The notes: a model not told the origin generated them from the letters alone. DNA of 64,000 nt from Octopus vulgaris (GCA_951406725.2 OX597817.1:171244001-171308000); one strand, 5' to 3'; shown: positions 41,113 to 54,972, counted from the first letter of the stretch. Numbers and translations: made by a program.

Positions 41113-41359
41113 GAAGACAGAGTGCACTGGAAGCTTTATTTAGGACAACAGTCATTTTGGTTTACTTCTGCACTGCTCCCTGGTGGGTGGGGAATGATGT
41201 AAAGCAGTTTATGTGACCTGAGGAGGAAGAGGTTTCTTTTGCACTATGGGATGCATTCGATTCCATTACATCATCCCCCCCCACCCCACTAAGGAGCAGT
41301 GCAGAAGTAAGCCGAAGCGATTATTGTCTTAAATGAAGCATCCAGTATACTCTGTTTTC
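41113..41359. mobile_element. Hairpin/MITE-like element with ~90-bp imperfect inverted arms
   Basis: gaagacagagtgcactgg...ttacttctgcactgctcc...gatgtaa versus ttacatc...ggagcagtgcagaagtaa...ccagtatactctgttttc. Confidence 0.75.
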
Positions 41360-42006
41360 ACTTCAGCAATGTAATTACATGTGTGCCATTGGCGATTTCA
41401 CCTTCTTTGGACTTTTCCCTTTCTCCTCTCCGATGGAGAGCTATGCTCGAAACATCAAACTGTCACCTTCCATCGAGCCTTGAGCTAATACATTTTTTGT
41501 GCACGTCCTCATATTTGTTTTTTTTTTTTGTTTTTTATTCGTTTATTTGAATTGTCTCTCTCTCTATATATATAGGGTGTGTGCATGCATGTGAGTGTAA
41601 GTGTGTTTGTAAGAGTGAGAGAACATAACGTTGGCTACCACTCACTAATGAGTATGGACTGGTAAGTAAGTACAATGCTTTTGCAGTTTGTTTTAGGCAT
41701 CGATGTAGTTGCAAGCAGACAGAGACACTTATTTGGCCCTCCCGACACTTGACCCCAACGGGACATCAGGGAGAGGTGATGGCTGGAAAGAGAGAACTAC
41801 ATACAAGTAGTAGCAGGTCTTCATTTTGCAGCAGAGTAGATAGAAGCAATGTGAAAAGCACCTTCCTCAAGGACACAGCATTTTGTCTAGCACAGAAATT
41901 GAACCCACACCCTTAGAAGTCTCTGCCCTACACCCTAACCTTTGTATGAAAGTGTGTGTGAAAGTGTGTCTGTATGTGTGCATGTATATGCATGTATATG
42001 CTTACA

Positions 42007-42415
42007 GGCGCAGGAGTGGCTGTGTGTTAAGTAGCTTGCTAACCAACCACATGGTTCCGGGTTCAGTCCCACTGCGTGGCACCTTGGGCAAGTGTCTTCT
42101 GCTATAGCCCCGGGCCGACCAATGCCTTGTGAGTGGATTTGGTAGACGGAAACTGAAAAAAGTCTGTCGTATATATGTATATCTATATGTGTGTGTGTGT
42201 GTGTGTTTGTGTGTGTGTGTTTGTCCCCCTAGCATTGCTTGACAACCGATGCTGGTGTGTTTACGTCCCCGTCACTTAGCGGTTCGGCAAAAGAGACTGA
42301 TAGAATAAGTACTGGGCTTACAAAGAATAAGTCCCGGGGTCGATTTGCTCGACTAAAGGCGGTGCTCCAGCATGGCCGCAGTCAAATGACTGAAACAAGT
42401 AAAGGAGTAAAAGAG
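42007..42415 (+). mobile_element. Family B SINE, full length, young
   Basis: ggcgcaggagtggctgtg...gaaacaagtaaaggagtaaaagag. Confidence 0.92.
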
Positions 42416-43345
42416 AAAAAAAGAGTAGTCTAAAAACTGATGTTGTTTGTCATTGTCCAATAACTTAGTGGCTTGACCAACATAGATCAATAAGTATGTA
42501 CCAGACTGCGATAAGTAGTTAATTCCATGTGATTGGCTAAAGCTTCAAAGTCAGTGCCCCAGCAATAAAAATCTAACCATTTTTTTTGTCTCAATCCACA
42601 TAGTGCTACCTCAGCTCTTCCTTTGTTTCAAATGAAAGCATATGATGCATAATATTGGGTGCAAGCATGGCAGTGTGATTAAAGAGCTCACCTGACAAAC
42701 ATGCGGTCTTAGGTTCAGTAGAGAAACTTGCCATGTGTGCGCATGCATGAGTACGTACACCCTTGTGTTGACATTGCGTGATAGTTGTAAATGAGTGCCA
42801 CTGTCATACAAGCAGTGCCATCTGCTTCCAGTCTGCTACAAAACATGTCAGGCCACAGGGAAAATATTACTTTGCTCGGAAACAAGTTAGGGTTAACAAA
42901 AAAAGGGGTACACGGCTGTAGAAAACCTGCCTTAGTGAATTTTGTCTGATCCATGCAAATATGGAAAAGTAGATGTTAAAAATGATGGTGATGATGATGA
43001 TGATGATGATGATGACCTTAACATTATTGTAAGGTAATTCGTAATAGAGAGATGAAACTAAATGTGGTAAAGCATCCATTCTACTGCACCTCCTCACCAC
43101 CCATGTGTCTCGACTCCCCGAAAAATTGTGTCGAGTGAAAATTAGAACTTCAGAAAGTATAACGAGAAAGACTATGAAGACATAATTACCAAAACACTCC
43201 TGAATTCAGCGTTCTTGAAAGTGTATACCAAAAACTATGTTAGCAGCTGTGAATAATGTGAACAGAAACCTAAAAATAAATAAAATGAGAGTGAAGGAAA
43301 AATATAATTAATTAATGATATAAATATGTGTGTATGTGTATGTAT

Positions 43346-43694
43346 GTATACATACATACATACATACATACGTTCATACATACATACATACATACATACA
43401 TACATACATACATACATACATACATACATGCATACATACATACATGCATTCATACATACATACATGCATACATACATACATACATACATACATGCATACA
43501 TACATACATACATTCATACATACATACATACATGCATACATACATACGTTCATACATACATACATACATGCATGCATACATACGTTCATACATACATACA
43601 TACATACATACATGCATACACACATACACACATACATACATACATACATACATACATACATACATACATACATACATACATACATACACACATA
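43346..43694. repeat. (TACA)n microsatellite
   Basis: Seen directly. Confidence 0.97.
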
Positions 43695-44640
43695 CAGGGT
43701 GTGGATGTTATTTGAGGACACCTTTTTTGGTAAATTTTGATCTTTTCACCTGCATGATTTTCACTAAGGAAAAAAAAAAAAACTTGGAGTCTTTGCATGG
43801 AATCAAGTACCCTGACCTCCTAATATGCTACAAAACCCTTTTTGGGGTCCGGAAAACGGGATGGGGTGGGGTGGAACCCTTGGCAATTTCAATTTTTCAA
43901 TTTGCAAATTTTGGCGCCAAAATGCATTTCATTTCCGTGGGGAGAGAGAGAGTGGGAGTGGATGATGAAGTTTACCCAAACATTGAATGGGTAACAATCT
44001 ATCATAATTATATACATCATTATACCTCATCATCATCATCATCATCTTTTAATGACTGTTTTCCATGCTGGCATGGGTTGGACGGTTTGGCTGAGGATTG
44101 GCAAGCCAGGAGGCTGCAATGAGACTGCAGTCTGATCTGGCAAGGTCTCTACAGCTGGATGCCCTTCCTAATGCCAACCACTCCGAGAGTGTAGTGGGTG
44201 CTTTTCAAGTGTGGCTGGCACAGGGGGCCAGTCAGATGGCACTGGCATTGATCACGCTTGAATGGTACATTTTACGTGCCGCCAGCACTGGCAGCGGTGG
44301 TCCAGTTTCCCCCCACTTTTTTTTCGAAACAAAAATAAGGGGATTGCTGCATATTAGGAGATCAAGGTACTTGATTCCATGCAAAAAATCCAAGTTTTTT
44401 TTTATCATAGTCGAGGCTTCCACCTCACCCCACCACCCATTTTCCAGAACCCAAAAAGGGTTTTGTAGCATATTAGGAGGTCGCCAGAATTAATTAAAAT
44501 GAAAAAAAAAAAAAATTCCAATGATTCCAGGATATGGTGAGGGAGGGGTCTCCCCCCCTTTCTTTCCACACAAAAATAAGGAGTTTGCAGCAAAAAATCT
44601 GAGTATTTTTTTTTCTTAGTGAAAATCATGTAGGTAAAAC
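43695..44640. mobile_element. Foldback/MITE-like element with internally repeated inverted blocks and a family A insertion (about 44027-44300)
   Basis: ta|cagggtg start; catgattttcactaag, ttgcatggaatcaagtacc and ctcctaatatgctacaaaaccctttttggg recur inverted at 44340-44640. Confidence 0.6.
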
Positions 44641-46290
44641 AAGCAAATAATAATCTTGTTTTTTGTTATTATTTTATTTGACTAATTATTATTCAACTTC
44701 TGTTTCAGAAAATAGCAATGACAGGACCAATGCTTAGTAGGGCAGAGTGAATTGCCTCTTAGTACTGTTTTTTTCACAGATGGTGCCCAACTGACCCTAC
44801 TATACTGTGTAGTTGACAAAATAAAAAGAAAACAATGCGCATGCATGAAGTTAAAAATATAAAATGGCAACAATTTTCCCATCGCACCTGTATATTTGCG
44901 TGTGTGTGTGTGTGTGTGTGTGTATAGTGAATAGATAGGGACTGTGTATCTAGGTGCGTACTGTTTTAAAGCACTTGGTTATAATCCAAGTTGTGGCTAA
45001 CCACATCGAGCGGTAAGGAGCAACTAGGATATGTGTGTGAGTGTGTGTGTGTAATAGAAGAGAGGTGGCAGTAACCTCACAGCTTCAATTCACAGACGTG
45101 AAGTTACTGTTTAATGAAGAGCAGCTGGTTAAGCCTTCAAAGTCACTGTCAGCCCTCTTTTTGTAAAAACGTAATACACATATATTACCTCCACAAAAAA
45201 ATATTCAGCAATTCTTTGTTTAATGTTATAGGTTGTTTGGACACCGTTAAAGGCACCCAAGGAGCAGTGATGTGAAACTGGGTAACAAATTTAGTCTACC
45301 ATCCAAAAAGGCCCTTGCAGGACTTCAATGCAGAATGCAAAACCAGAAAAAATACTACAGCGCATCTGATTGGATATTCTAAGTTCTGCCAATCCACTGC
45401 CCTGGAATGGTACTTTGTTCATCAATTCTGGAAGTATGGAAGGCAAAGTTTACATTAGCAGGATTTGAACTCAGAATGCAGTGAGTTGGAACAAATACCA
45501 AGATGTATTTTGTCCAATGCTTTAACAACTCAGGTAATGTACCACCTAATGTATGTATATATATATATGATCTGCAATAATTTACGAGTAGGAACTTCAA
45601 ATTCTTCTGGCTGCCAGATGGCCGGCCCAGTTTCACAGTACCATGCACATTACAGTATAAAATAAACTTGCATCATCATCATCATCATCGTTTATGCTAA
45701 TTTACAGGTACCTGTATTTCATTTAATTATTTAAATTAATATTTGTTTAATTTAGAGATAGCCATCCTTGGTTCAGAAAAATCAGTAACCTGGAAGGGTT
45801 TTGGACCCAAAGGTCCAGGAAAACTGATGTTCTCTCTCTCTCTTTCTCTCTCGCTCTCTCTCTATCTCTCTCTCTCTACACACACATATGTTATGTTAGT
45901 TTTTATGTTCAGTTTTAGTAAAGACAAAATTTCATTAATCTGATGGGTTATTCTATACTTTTGTAGACCACAAATCTATTAATCTTAAACGAGAATATTA
46001 TTGAAAGTAACTTTGAAGTTCTGGCCAGTTAAGTCATCATCACTCTGGCAGTCCAATGATGGCTTAATATTCTTGTTTAAGAATAGACAGACAGACAGAC
46101 TGACTGACTAACTGACAGACAGACAGATAAATAAATAGATAGATTGAGGAGATGACTATAATCCTGGCTATCATTCCATTAGCACATCTTGCTAGATCTT
46201 AGCAAGCACAGTATTCCAAAATCAGAAGGGGATCTGTAAGACTTATACAACTCCAAAATAAGGTCCAGTAGGTTTAATATAAGCTCTGGT

Positions 46291-46626
46291 GACCCCCTTC
46301 GGTCAGACACTGACCATGGGTTTGCACCTAGAGAGTTACCCTCTGAGGCACAAGTCTGAGCAAGGTTGTTTTATGGAAGACCAGCAGTCGCCCATGCATA
46401 CCGGCCTCCGCTCTCCACGTCACCGATGTTGTCCAAGGGAAAGGCAAAGGGGCCGATACAGCTTGGCACCTGTGACGTCGCAACTCATTTCTACAGCTGA
46501 GTGAACTGGAGCAACCTGAAATAAAGTGTCTTGCTCAAGAACACAACACACAGCCCGGTCCGGGATTCGAGCTCACAACCTCACAATCGTAAGCTCAACG
46601 CTCTAACCACTGAGCCACGCGCCTTC
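46291..46626 (-). mobile_element. Family C tRNA-derived SINE, full length, young
   Basis: Head gaaggcgcgtggctcagtggttagagcgttgagcttacgattgtgaggttgtgagctcgaatcccgg (A/B boxes); CORE-like gttcttgagcaagacactttatttc. Confidence 0.92.
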
Positions 46627-46914
46627 TCTACAGAGTGAATAATAAAAGTAATGGTTTAAATGAGGAAAAGAGAAGTCAAATTGACATTATAAGAGTTTCT
46701 GAAAATGGAAAAATCTCCAAAACCATCTATTTTTCTCTTTGATTGTCTCTCTATATTTCTCTCTCTCTCTCTCTCTCCTTCCTTGTCCTTCTGGGGTAGC
46801 CAAGTATCTCCTTTATAGCAAGACAACTATCTCTGCCCCTATATTATACTCTAGCCTCTCATCTGACATACAGCCACTTCCTTTGGCTCCACTCCCTCTC
46901 TCAGCTACTTAGTG

Positions 46915-47132
46915 GCCCTGTTGGAGAGGAAGCCACATAAAAAGCACCTGTGTTGGTGCCACGTAAAAAGCACCAAGTATGATGCTCTGTAATGTGGTTG
47001 GGATTAGGAAGGGCATCCAGCCATAAAAATCATGCCAAAATAGACAAACGGAGCTTGGTGCAGCTCTCTGGCTTGATAAATCCTGTCAAATTGTCCAACC
47101 CATGACAGCATAGAAAACAGACATTAAATGAA

Positions 47133-47165
<33 letters not shown>
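46915..47165 (+). mobile_element. Diverged family A tail
   Basis: ggaagggcatccagcc...gacattaaa(tga)n. Confidence 0.75.
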
Positions 47166-47166
<1 letters not shown>

Positions 47167-47490
47167 TACAATACCATTTATTCCATTCTCATACAATGTT
47201 ACGCATTTTATTAAATGCTACATAACACATAACAATTTATGGAAATGTGTAATAATGATGCTATAATCTTTTCCCTTCCTCAGATGTAATGATTTGAAGG
47301 CAAGACCAACCAAAAACCAAATGAATATTTTGGTAGAAGTTCATTTGAGTGTATTTACAATATGTAAATAGAGTGAACACTTAAAGCGTTCACTTGATAT
47401 CTCTTGTAAGTTTTAAGACAATTAATCATGACATCATATGAATTGCAGATTGTATGAGATATAGAATAAATGGTATTGTCCGTTTACAGA

Positions 47491-47817
47491 AGAAGCACTC
47501 CGTCGGTTGCGATGACGGGGGTCCTAGCTGATACGATCAATGGAAAAGCTTGCTTGTGAAATTATCATGCAAGTGGCTGAGCAATCCACAAACACAAGTA
47601 CCCTTAATGTAGTTCTCAGGGAGATTCAGCATGACACAGAGTGTGACAAAACCAACCCTTTGAAATACAGGTACTACTCATTTTTGTCAGCTGAGTGGAC
47701 TGGAGCAACGTGAAATAAAGTGTCTTGCTCAAGAACACAATGCGCTACTGTGAATTGAACTCATGACCTTACGATCATGAGCCGAATACCCCTAACCACT
47801 AAGCCATGCGCTTTCAC
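47491..47817 (-). mobile_element. Chimeric SINE: family C head and CORE-like block, family G tail
   Basis: About 47675-47817 matches family C; about 47491-47675 is the reverse complement of 9195-9376. Confidence 0.85.
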
Positions 47818-47895
47818 CCGTTTTCAGAAACAACTGTAATCTCAATTTGATTTCTTTCTCCATTCAAATCATTACCATTTTATATATATATATCT

Positions 47896-48222
47896 CCAAA
47901 GGTCTCAGTCACCTGTCACTGCCTCTGTGAAGCCCAACGTTCAATGGTTGTGCTTCTCCACTTCATCCCAGGTCTTCCTGGGTCTAGCTCTTCCACAAGT
48001 CACTGAGACCTTTGGAGATATGCTGTGCTTGAGAAGACCTGTTGAGTCAAGTGAAATCATTGTCATGGCCAATGCCAGTACCACTTGACTGGCACCTGTG
48101 CCAGTGGCACATAAAAAGCACCATTCAAGCGTGGTTGATGCCAGTGCCGCCTGACTGGTTTCTGTGCTGGTGGCACCATTCGAGCATGCACATTGCCAGT
48201 GCCACCTGACTGGCCCCCATGC
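47896..48222. mobile_element. RTE LINE ORF-end/3' UTR fragments in inverted arrangement
   Basis: 47896-47998 is the minus-strand ORF end; 48000-48222 is plus-strand gctgtgcttgagaagac...agtgaaatc leading into 63-bp-type units. Confidence 0.7.
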
Positions 48223-48985
48223 TCAGCATGCTAATGACTCTGCCAACTCATCATCTTCATATGTCAAAATAGTAATGACAAGGAGAGTGATTAAAGAGGA
48301 GGTAAAATGGCTGCATGGATAATGTGTATTGAATTACCAATACATAGATTATAAGTTTAAATCCAATGTTGTGTTTCTGGACAGAATAGCTTATTTCGCT
48401 TTGCTATAGTTCATTTAAATGTTGAACCTAGGTTTATCAGATTATCTGAGGCTAGGATCTTATCTATGATAAGACATGTCTTCCTTTTGACAGTAAGATT
48501 TATCTGTCATCCACTTAACAACATAAAATGAGAGTTAGGCACTGATGCAAGGTGACTAAATGTAAGAATCACTAGAAAATCAGGTGAACTGTTTTGTAAC
48601 AATTGTTCTGGCTCATTGCATTTTAAACTGAAATCCTGCAGAGGTCAACTTTTGCTTTTCAGATTTAAAAGGTCAATAAGATAAGTCATATACTACAGTC
48701 AATTCTCTCTCTCTCTCTCTCGCTCTCTCTCCCCATCTCATTCACACAGATAGAGCTACACAGCACAGTATAATAGTCATAGGGTGGGGTGGGGGGGTTA
48801 CTTACAATGACCTGAGCTTCCAATAAATGAAGGTGGGTTGAGCCAAGATTAAGCAGCCTCTTGATACAAAAGCCATCCAAAGAAACCAGAGAAAATGGAC
48901 ATGGGTGAACCAAGGTGTTGATATCACATAAAATTTTAAAAAGTGATATGCAAGAAACTCTCAGGACTTTGACAGCATTTACATA

Positions 48986-49397
48986 TACTCTTTTACTCTT
49001 TTACTCTTTTAGTTGTTTCAGTCATTTGACTGCGGCCATGCTGGAGCACCGCCTTTAGTCGAGCAAATCGACCCCGGAACTTATTCTTTGGAAGCCCAGT
49101 ACTTATTCTATCGGTCTCTTTTGCCGAACCGCTAAGTGACGGGGACGTAAACACACCAGCATCGGTTGTCAAGCAATACTAGGGGGACAAACACAGACAC
49201 ACAAACACACACACACACATATATATATATATACATATATACGACAGGCTTCTTTCAGTTTCCGTCTACCAAATCCACTCACAAGGCATTGGTCGGCCCG
49301 GGGCTATAGCAGAAGACACTTGCCCAAGATGCCACGCAGTGGGACTGAACCCGCAACCATGTGGTTGGTTAGCAAGCTACTTACCACACAGCCACTC
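48986..49397 (-). mobile_element. Family B SINE, young
   Basis: Near-identical to other young copies. Confidence 0.92.
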
Positions 49398-49964
49398 ATA
49401 TACAGTAATATGTAATATTAAAGACATTTCATAATCTTTATAATACCAAAATACTCAAAGATACCACAAAGGAGCCTTACTAATTAAAAGGGAGCTCTAC
49501 TTGCTGTGAAAAGAGACACACCAGATAAGAAAGGGTCTTCAATATGGCAAAGATGCTTTACTTGTCATCAAGGGAGCATCTCTAACCATCAAGAGATTCC
49601 ACTAACTAAAAGAGCGTTCTGTTCAGGGATGAGTGTTATAATCTCAATCTCTTATACACCACAGAAACTGGATTAAACTCCTAGGATTCATTATAAACCT
49701 AAGTCTAAGTCTATGACACTATCTATCAGTTGCAAATTACTTCTAGAAATATCAGTGTTCCTTATCTGGTCTTGCATTATTTTGCTTTTTCCCTGTGACA
49801 AGTGGTGGGGTTTAAATTCAGAAGACACAATGCCAGGTAAAAATCCTACAAGGCCACTCACCTGGCAATCGAACAATTGCACTGGTTCTTTATTATTTAT
49901 CTTCAGTGGGATTTGGAAGTTAGAATGAATACTGCAAACTGTTCTACCTGATAACACTACATGT

Positions 49965-50215
49965 AGTGGTGGTTGTATGCCTCAGTGAGATCTGGGAGCT
50001 ATGTCAGTGGAGTGTAAGATCCTAGTAGGGCCTCCCATGCTGGACAGGTCAGATAGAGGTCGGACTAATACAGAACACCTTTTCCCAGAGATAATCATGG
50101 GTTTGTGTAGAGCCAACACCCCTACCTAGAAAAATAAAACAAAGTTACGGAAGCATCAATAGCAATTCAAAACTGACAAGGCCTGGGAGAAGAGGGCCTT
50201 CTCTTAGGGAAGCAT
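49965..50215 (+). mobile_element. Probable RTE-clade LINE 5' UTR fragment
   Basis: tgcctcagtgagatctgggagctatgtc...tagggcctcccatgctggacaggtca resembles RTE/Expander 5' UTRs (from memory). Confidence 0.5.
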
Positions 50216-50218
50216 GAA

Positions 50219-50510
50219 ATCATCATCATCATTTAAAGTTTGCTTTCCATGCTGGCATGGGTTGGGCAGTTTGACAGGGGCTGGCCAGGCAGGAGCCTGC
50301 AGCAGACTTCTGTGTCTGTTTTGGCAGGGTTTTTATGGCTGGATGCCCTTCCTAACACCAACCAACAACCCAGCAGAGTAGACTGAGTGCTTTTTATGTA
50401 GCACAAGCACAGGTGAGGTGAGTTTTGGCATGGTTTTTACACCAACCACTTTACAGCATAGACTGGATGCTTTTTAAGTGGCACCAGCACTGGCAAGGTC
50501 ACCAGCAAAA
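50219..50510 (-). mobile_element. Diverged family A tail
   Basis: (cat)n...tttccatgctggcatgggttgg...ctggatgcccttcctaacaccaacc. Confidence 0.75.
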
Positions 50511-52036
50511 TCCAGAAGAAAGAAGAGAAATAGGGATGCAACTAGGGAGAAACAGGGAAAAACCACCCAGAGTCAAGATTAGAAGAGGAAAGTTGTCAAT
50601 GATCACTGCTCAATAGTGAGTGGAGGGTTTAAGTGAATACGGAAGTAATTTTATCCAATACTCTAATGATAACCACTTAACTATCTTATGTAAATAATAT
50701 GTGTAATATACAATGCAGGGGAAAGTTATGGTGGGGATGAGTACCAACAAAAACAACAGAGTATATAGGCTAATGAGTTTGAGTAAGTTTGTATGCAATG
50801 GAGAGAAGAGGAGTCTGTGGGAAAATTTTGTTTTTTGCGGATAACATCAGTCCTTAAAAGTCAGATTTCTCTTCTCTTTTCCAAACTCATGACATTTCAA
50901 ACGTAAATAGATAACAAGGGTTAGACAAGTACAGCTTTCAGCTGCATCTAACAGAAGAATTTCCCATAAATAAACAAGTGCTCGAAGAACCTGCCTTGCT
51001 CAGTTCAAACTCTTCTATGGACCTGAGGAAACAAAATCTGGAAGCCAACACGAGTATTCAGTCTCCAGTTGTTACGATTAAGTTTGTGACTGGATGCAGA
51101 TCCTGATTTGTGATTGCTGGCTGCATGTGCTGGCTGATGTACAACAGTCTTGCTCATCACATGTAAGTAAATGAAAAAGTAACTTTTCAACTTGAAAGAG
51201 AAGACTGAGGGGAAGGAAAGACCAAAGCTGAAAATACATAATAAATGTATTTACTAATGAGTTCCACATTAGTATCATTTGCAATTTTTATATTTAATAT
51301 AAATTTAAATCTATTTAGAACGGTAATGATATAACCGACAATGAAGATTATCCACATTCTTTAGTTAGAGGTCAGTTCTGACAGAGCAGATATAGGATCA
51401 AATCAAACAGGTTCCAGTCACGATCATCTCCCACTCTTCTCCCAGGTATGGCATATTTAGAACTACATTATCTAATGTGTCCATCCTTTTCAAAGGGGAT
51501 TCAACTGTTATTTCTAGCAAGTCAGGCAACCACATAGAGACTGCTTTGTTGACACTTGGTAACTCGGTGCAACTGGCCCAGAGCCACATACTAGTGTTTA
51601 TGTGAATTTGTATATGAAGTTCTAGTAAATGACACCAAAGTTATAATTATTACTTGGTACTTCTAGTGTTAATTTTTGGTTTCTTAATTAAGCACAAGTA
51701 TGACCTATAAACAAGGAAGAAAGATAGGTGAATGGATTTATTTTCGTATATATGTCCAGTACTTAGTTTTGTTGACCTTAGAGGGATAAAATATAAAGTT
51801 GCCTCTTTCCCCTGGCATTTGAGTTCAGAATGAATGTAATAATGCTAACGTGCTTATTATATACAGTGCTCAGGTGCACAATGACTCATTGGAAATGAGT
51901 AAAAAAAGAGAAAAAAAGGCAGGAGTAACTAAAGTAAATAAGGGCTGTAATGAGAGCCAACAGTTCAGGCACAGCACAAAGAATAAAACACAAAAGAGAC
52001 AGAAAAGAGAATAGTGAAGGATTCATAAAGAGGAAA

Positions 52037-52432
52037 GGACGCAGGAGTGGCTGTTTGGTAAGTAGCTTGCTAACCAACCACATGGTTCCGGGTTCAGTCC
52101 CACTGCGTGGCATCTTGGGCAAGTGTCTTCTGCTATAGCCCCGGGCCGACCAATGCCTTGTGAGTGGATTTGGTAGACGGAAACTGAAAGAAGCCTGTCG
52201 TATATATGTATATATATATAAGTGTGTGTGAATATGTTTGTGTGTCTGTTTGTCCCCCTAGCATTGCTTGACAACCGATGCTGGTGTGTTTACGTCCCCG
52301 TCACTTAGCGGTTCATCAAAAGGGACCGATAGAATAAGTACTGGGCTTACAAAGAATAAGTCCCGGGGTCGATTTGCTCGACTAAAGGCGGTGCTCCAGC
52401 ATGGCCGCAGTCAAATGACTGAAACAAGTAAA
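52037..52432 (+). mobile_element. Family B SINE, young
   Basis: Near-identical to 42007-42415. Confidence 0.92.
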
Positions 52433-53104
52433 AAAAAGAAAAAAAGAAGAGAGACGCATGGGGAGGTTAGTGGTAGGGTTGGTGGGTTTCTAGAAGGGTG
52501 GAATTGAACCTTGAGTGTGCTTACTCCACGGATCTGCTGGTTCTGAGAACAGTGTGTAACAAAATTTTAATTAATTTTTTTCCTTTGTCTTTCGTTAGAA
52601 ATTAAAGGAAATGGCTACTATTACATTCAGACTTTGCTTTTGTGACCTGGACATCAATGTTATGAAACTGACCTATTTCCCATTACATTTCAGACAGATT
52701 CAGTGCTGAGTTGCTGAAGCAGAAATATCGTTATACCAAATATTCTGTTCAATACAGCAGGTCTGCTTGTCAGTGTTTTGACCTTAACCACTTAAGCATG
52801 TCCCTTAGTGGCTGACAATATGTGCATTTCTGATCATGAGCTTGAGGACTGGGGAGGCATTATAGCCATATGTTGAGAGGCATTCTTTGGGGTTTGAACA
52901 AAAACAAAGTTTGGAGGAAATTTTAGCTATTTTTCATACTTTCCATGAGTAAGCAAATAGAAAATAATAGTTACAACTCAAAGATAAAAATCATGTTACA
53001 AAGAGTAATGAGCTTAACTTCAAGCCAATGAGGGACCCTAAATACTGTTTCTTCTTTTTTTTTCTTTTTTTCTATGTCTTGGGAGGAAAGATTAGTACTC
53101 ATGT

Positions 53105-53597
53105 CCTTTGCAGTGTCTCTAAAACCCCTATCTTGCTCAGAACATTGACCTCCTGGAATCTGTCCAGAGACGTGCAACCAAACGCATACCCTCCATCAGA
53201 CACTTACCATATTCTGAGCGCCTTGTTTCCCTGGGCATGGATTCACTGAAGCTCCGGCGTCTGGCGACGGACTTGGTAGACACCCACAAAGTTATCAACC
53301 ACCTCACCAACAACAACACTGAACACCTTTTTGATCTCCATGTGTCTAACACACGTGGACATGCCTACAAAGTCAGAAAACAACACAGCTCCCATGACTT
53401 TCGGAAACATTTTTTCACGCACAGAGTTGCTGAAGCATGGAATAAACTGCCTGCGTCAGTTGTTGACTGCCATGACACTGCATCCTTTAAGGCCCTCATG
53501 CTTTCCGAAATCCGCCGAAACTACACCTGATTATATATACACTTTAGATGAGTTGTAGTGCACCTGAGCACTGTACACAATGTTTATTATTATTATA
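53105..53597 (+). mobile_element. CR1/L2-group LINE 3' fragment
   Basis: LLESVQRRATKRIP, YSERL, SLKLRRL, NTRGHAYK, RKHFFTHRVAEAWNKLP; short 3' UTR and (TTA)n tail. Confidence 0.92.
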
Positions 53598-54065
53598 AAA
53601 TGATACTCATGCTGTTAGCTTTCTGCTTCAACTGTTGCAGATCAATGTCTGCAAGAAAGATATGAGCAGGAAGGGATTTCCAGAAGGCTGACATTCTAGG
53701 GAGGACGAACAGAGTTTAGTGAAGGGCTTGGCAGTGGTGGTGGTGGTGGTGGAGTGACAACCATAACATGGATGATGAGAGGAAGAGAGGCAAGTGAGTC
53801 AGGAGTGTCTGTGTGGAAGAGATATGAGATCAACCAACAGCAAGTTGCACAGGCCATTGTAGTAGCAGTAGAGAATGAAGACTGTGGGCCAAAGGTTGGA
53901 ACACATCTGTGAGTTTGTTGCTTGACCTGCTAGAGATAGCAGCCAAATCTCCCTTATATCACACCTTACTAGTGTAATTTTTTCATAACATTGGTCTAAC
54001 CATTGGAAGGATTTAAAAAATAACATTTTTCTCATTTATTGATATAAATCGAAATCGAATTGAAC

Positions 54066-54396
54066 CAGCCAGGATCCCTGGTCTGGTGGTACGTAAAAAG
54101 CACTATTCGACTCGTGGCCGATGCCAGCACCGCCTCGACTGGCTTCCGTGCCGGTAGCACGTAAAATACACCAATCCAACCGTGGCCGTTGCCAGCCTCA
54201 CCTGGCACCTGTGCAGATGGCACGTAAAAAGCACCCACTACACTCACGGAGTGGTTGGCGTTAGGAAGGGCATCCAGCTGTAGAAACATTGCCAGATAAG
54301 ACTGGAGCCTGGTGCAGCCTCCTGGCTTCCCAGATCCCTGGTCGAACCGTCCAACCCATGCTAGCATGGAGAACGGACGTTAAACGATGATGATGA
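54066..54396 (+). mobile_element. Family A RTE tail, young
   Basis: Conserved tail, ~63-bp units, (GAT)n. Confidence 0.88.
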
Positions 54397-54407
54397 TTGA
54401 TATATTG

Positions 54408-54604
54408 GAAGGTGGCATGCTGGACATAATGCTTAGCAGCTTTTCATCAAATATATATGTTCTGAGTTCAAATTCTGCCAAGATCGACTTTGCCTTTTAT
54501 CCTTAAAAAATTGATAGAATTAAATACCAGTTGAAAACTAGGGTCAATGTAATTGACTTACCCCTCCTCCAAAATTGCTGGCCTCGTGCCAAAATTTGAA
54601 ACCA
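54408..54604 (+). mobile_element. Family D SINE
   Basis: gttctgagttcaaattctgcc...gtgccaaaatttgaaacc. Confidence 0.8.
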
Positions 54605-54926
54605 ATATAATAAGCTAGTTGTTAGAATATAGTTTATCAGGAAGATTGCTGTGTAAAATTATAAAGCAGAGGCTAAGTTTTAAACAGTTACCAAAGAACA
54701 AGGGTTGGCATGCAGGGGTGGTCATATCTGGAATGTTTTTTGTCACATGTCTGCAACATCACAAATTTGCCCACCAGTAACCAACATCAGTTATCTTCTC
54801 TTTTCTACTTAAAAAAAAAAATTCAATCATATATTTTTGGTAATTTTTATGTGTTTTTCAGTGTTAGCATGGATTATTTACATTGTTTACATTTGACGGA
54901 TATTTGTCCTCATCTTGTTTGTTGCT

Positions 54927-54972
54927 AACACAACGTTTCAGCTGATATACCCTCCAGCCTTCATCAGGTGTC
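54927..54972 (-). ncRNA. Minimal type I hammerhead motif, Penelope-like type
   Basis: GACAC CTGATGA a GGCTG-gagggtatat-CAGCT GAAACGTT GTGTT; palindromic AACGTT in place of stem III. Confidence 0.78.

Noticed and set aside
49713-49928. Hydrophobic ORF with a CAG|GTAAAA donor as a signal-peptide exon
   Set aside because: Joining it to the nearest candidate acceptor (50942) gives a stop within about ten codons; no other support
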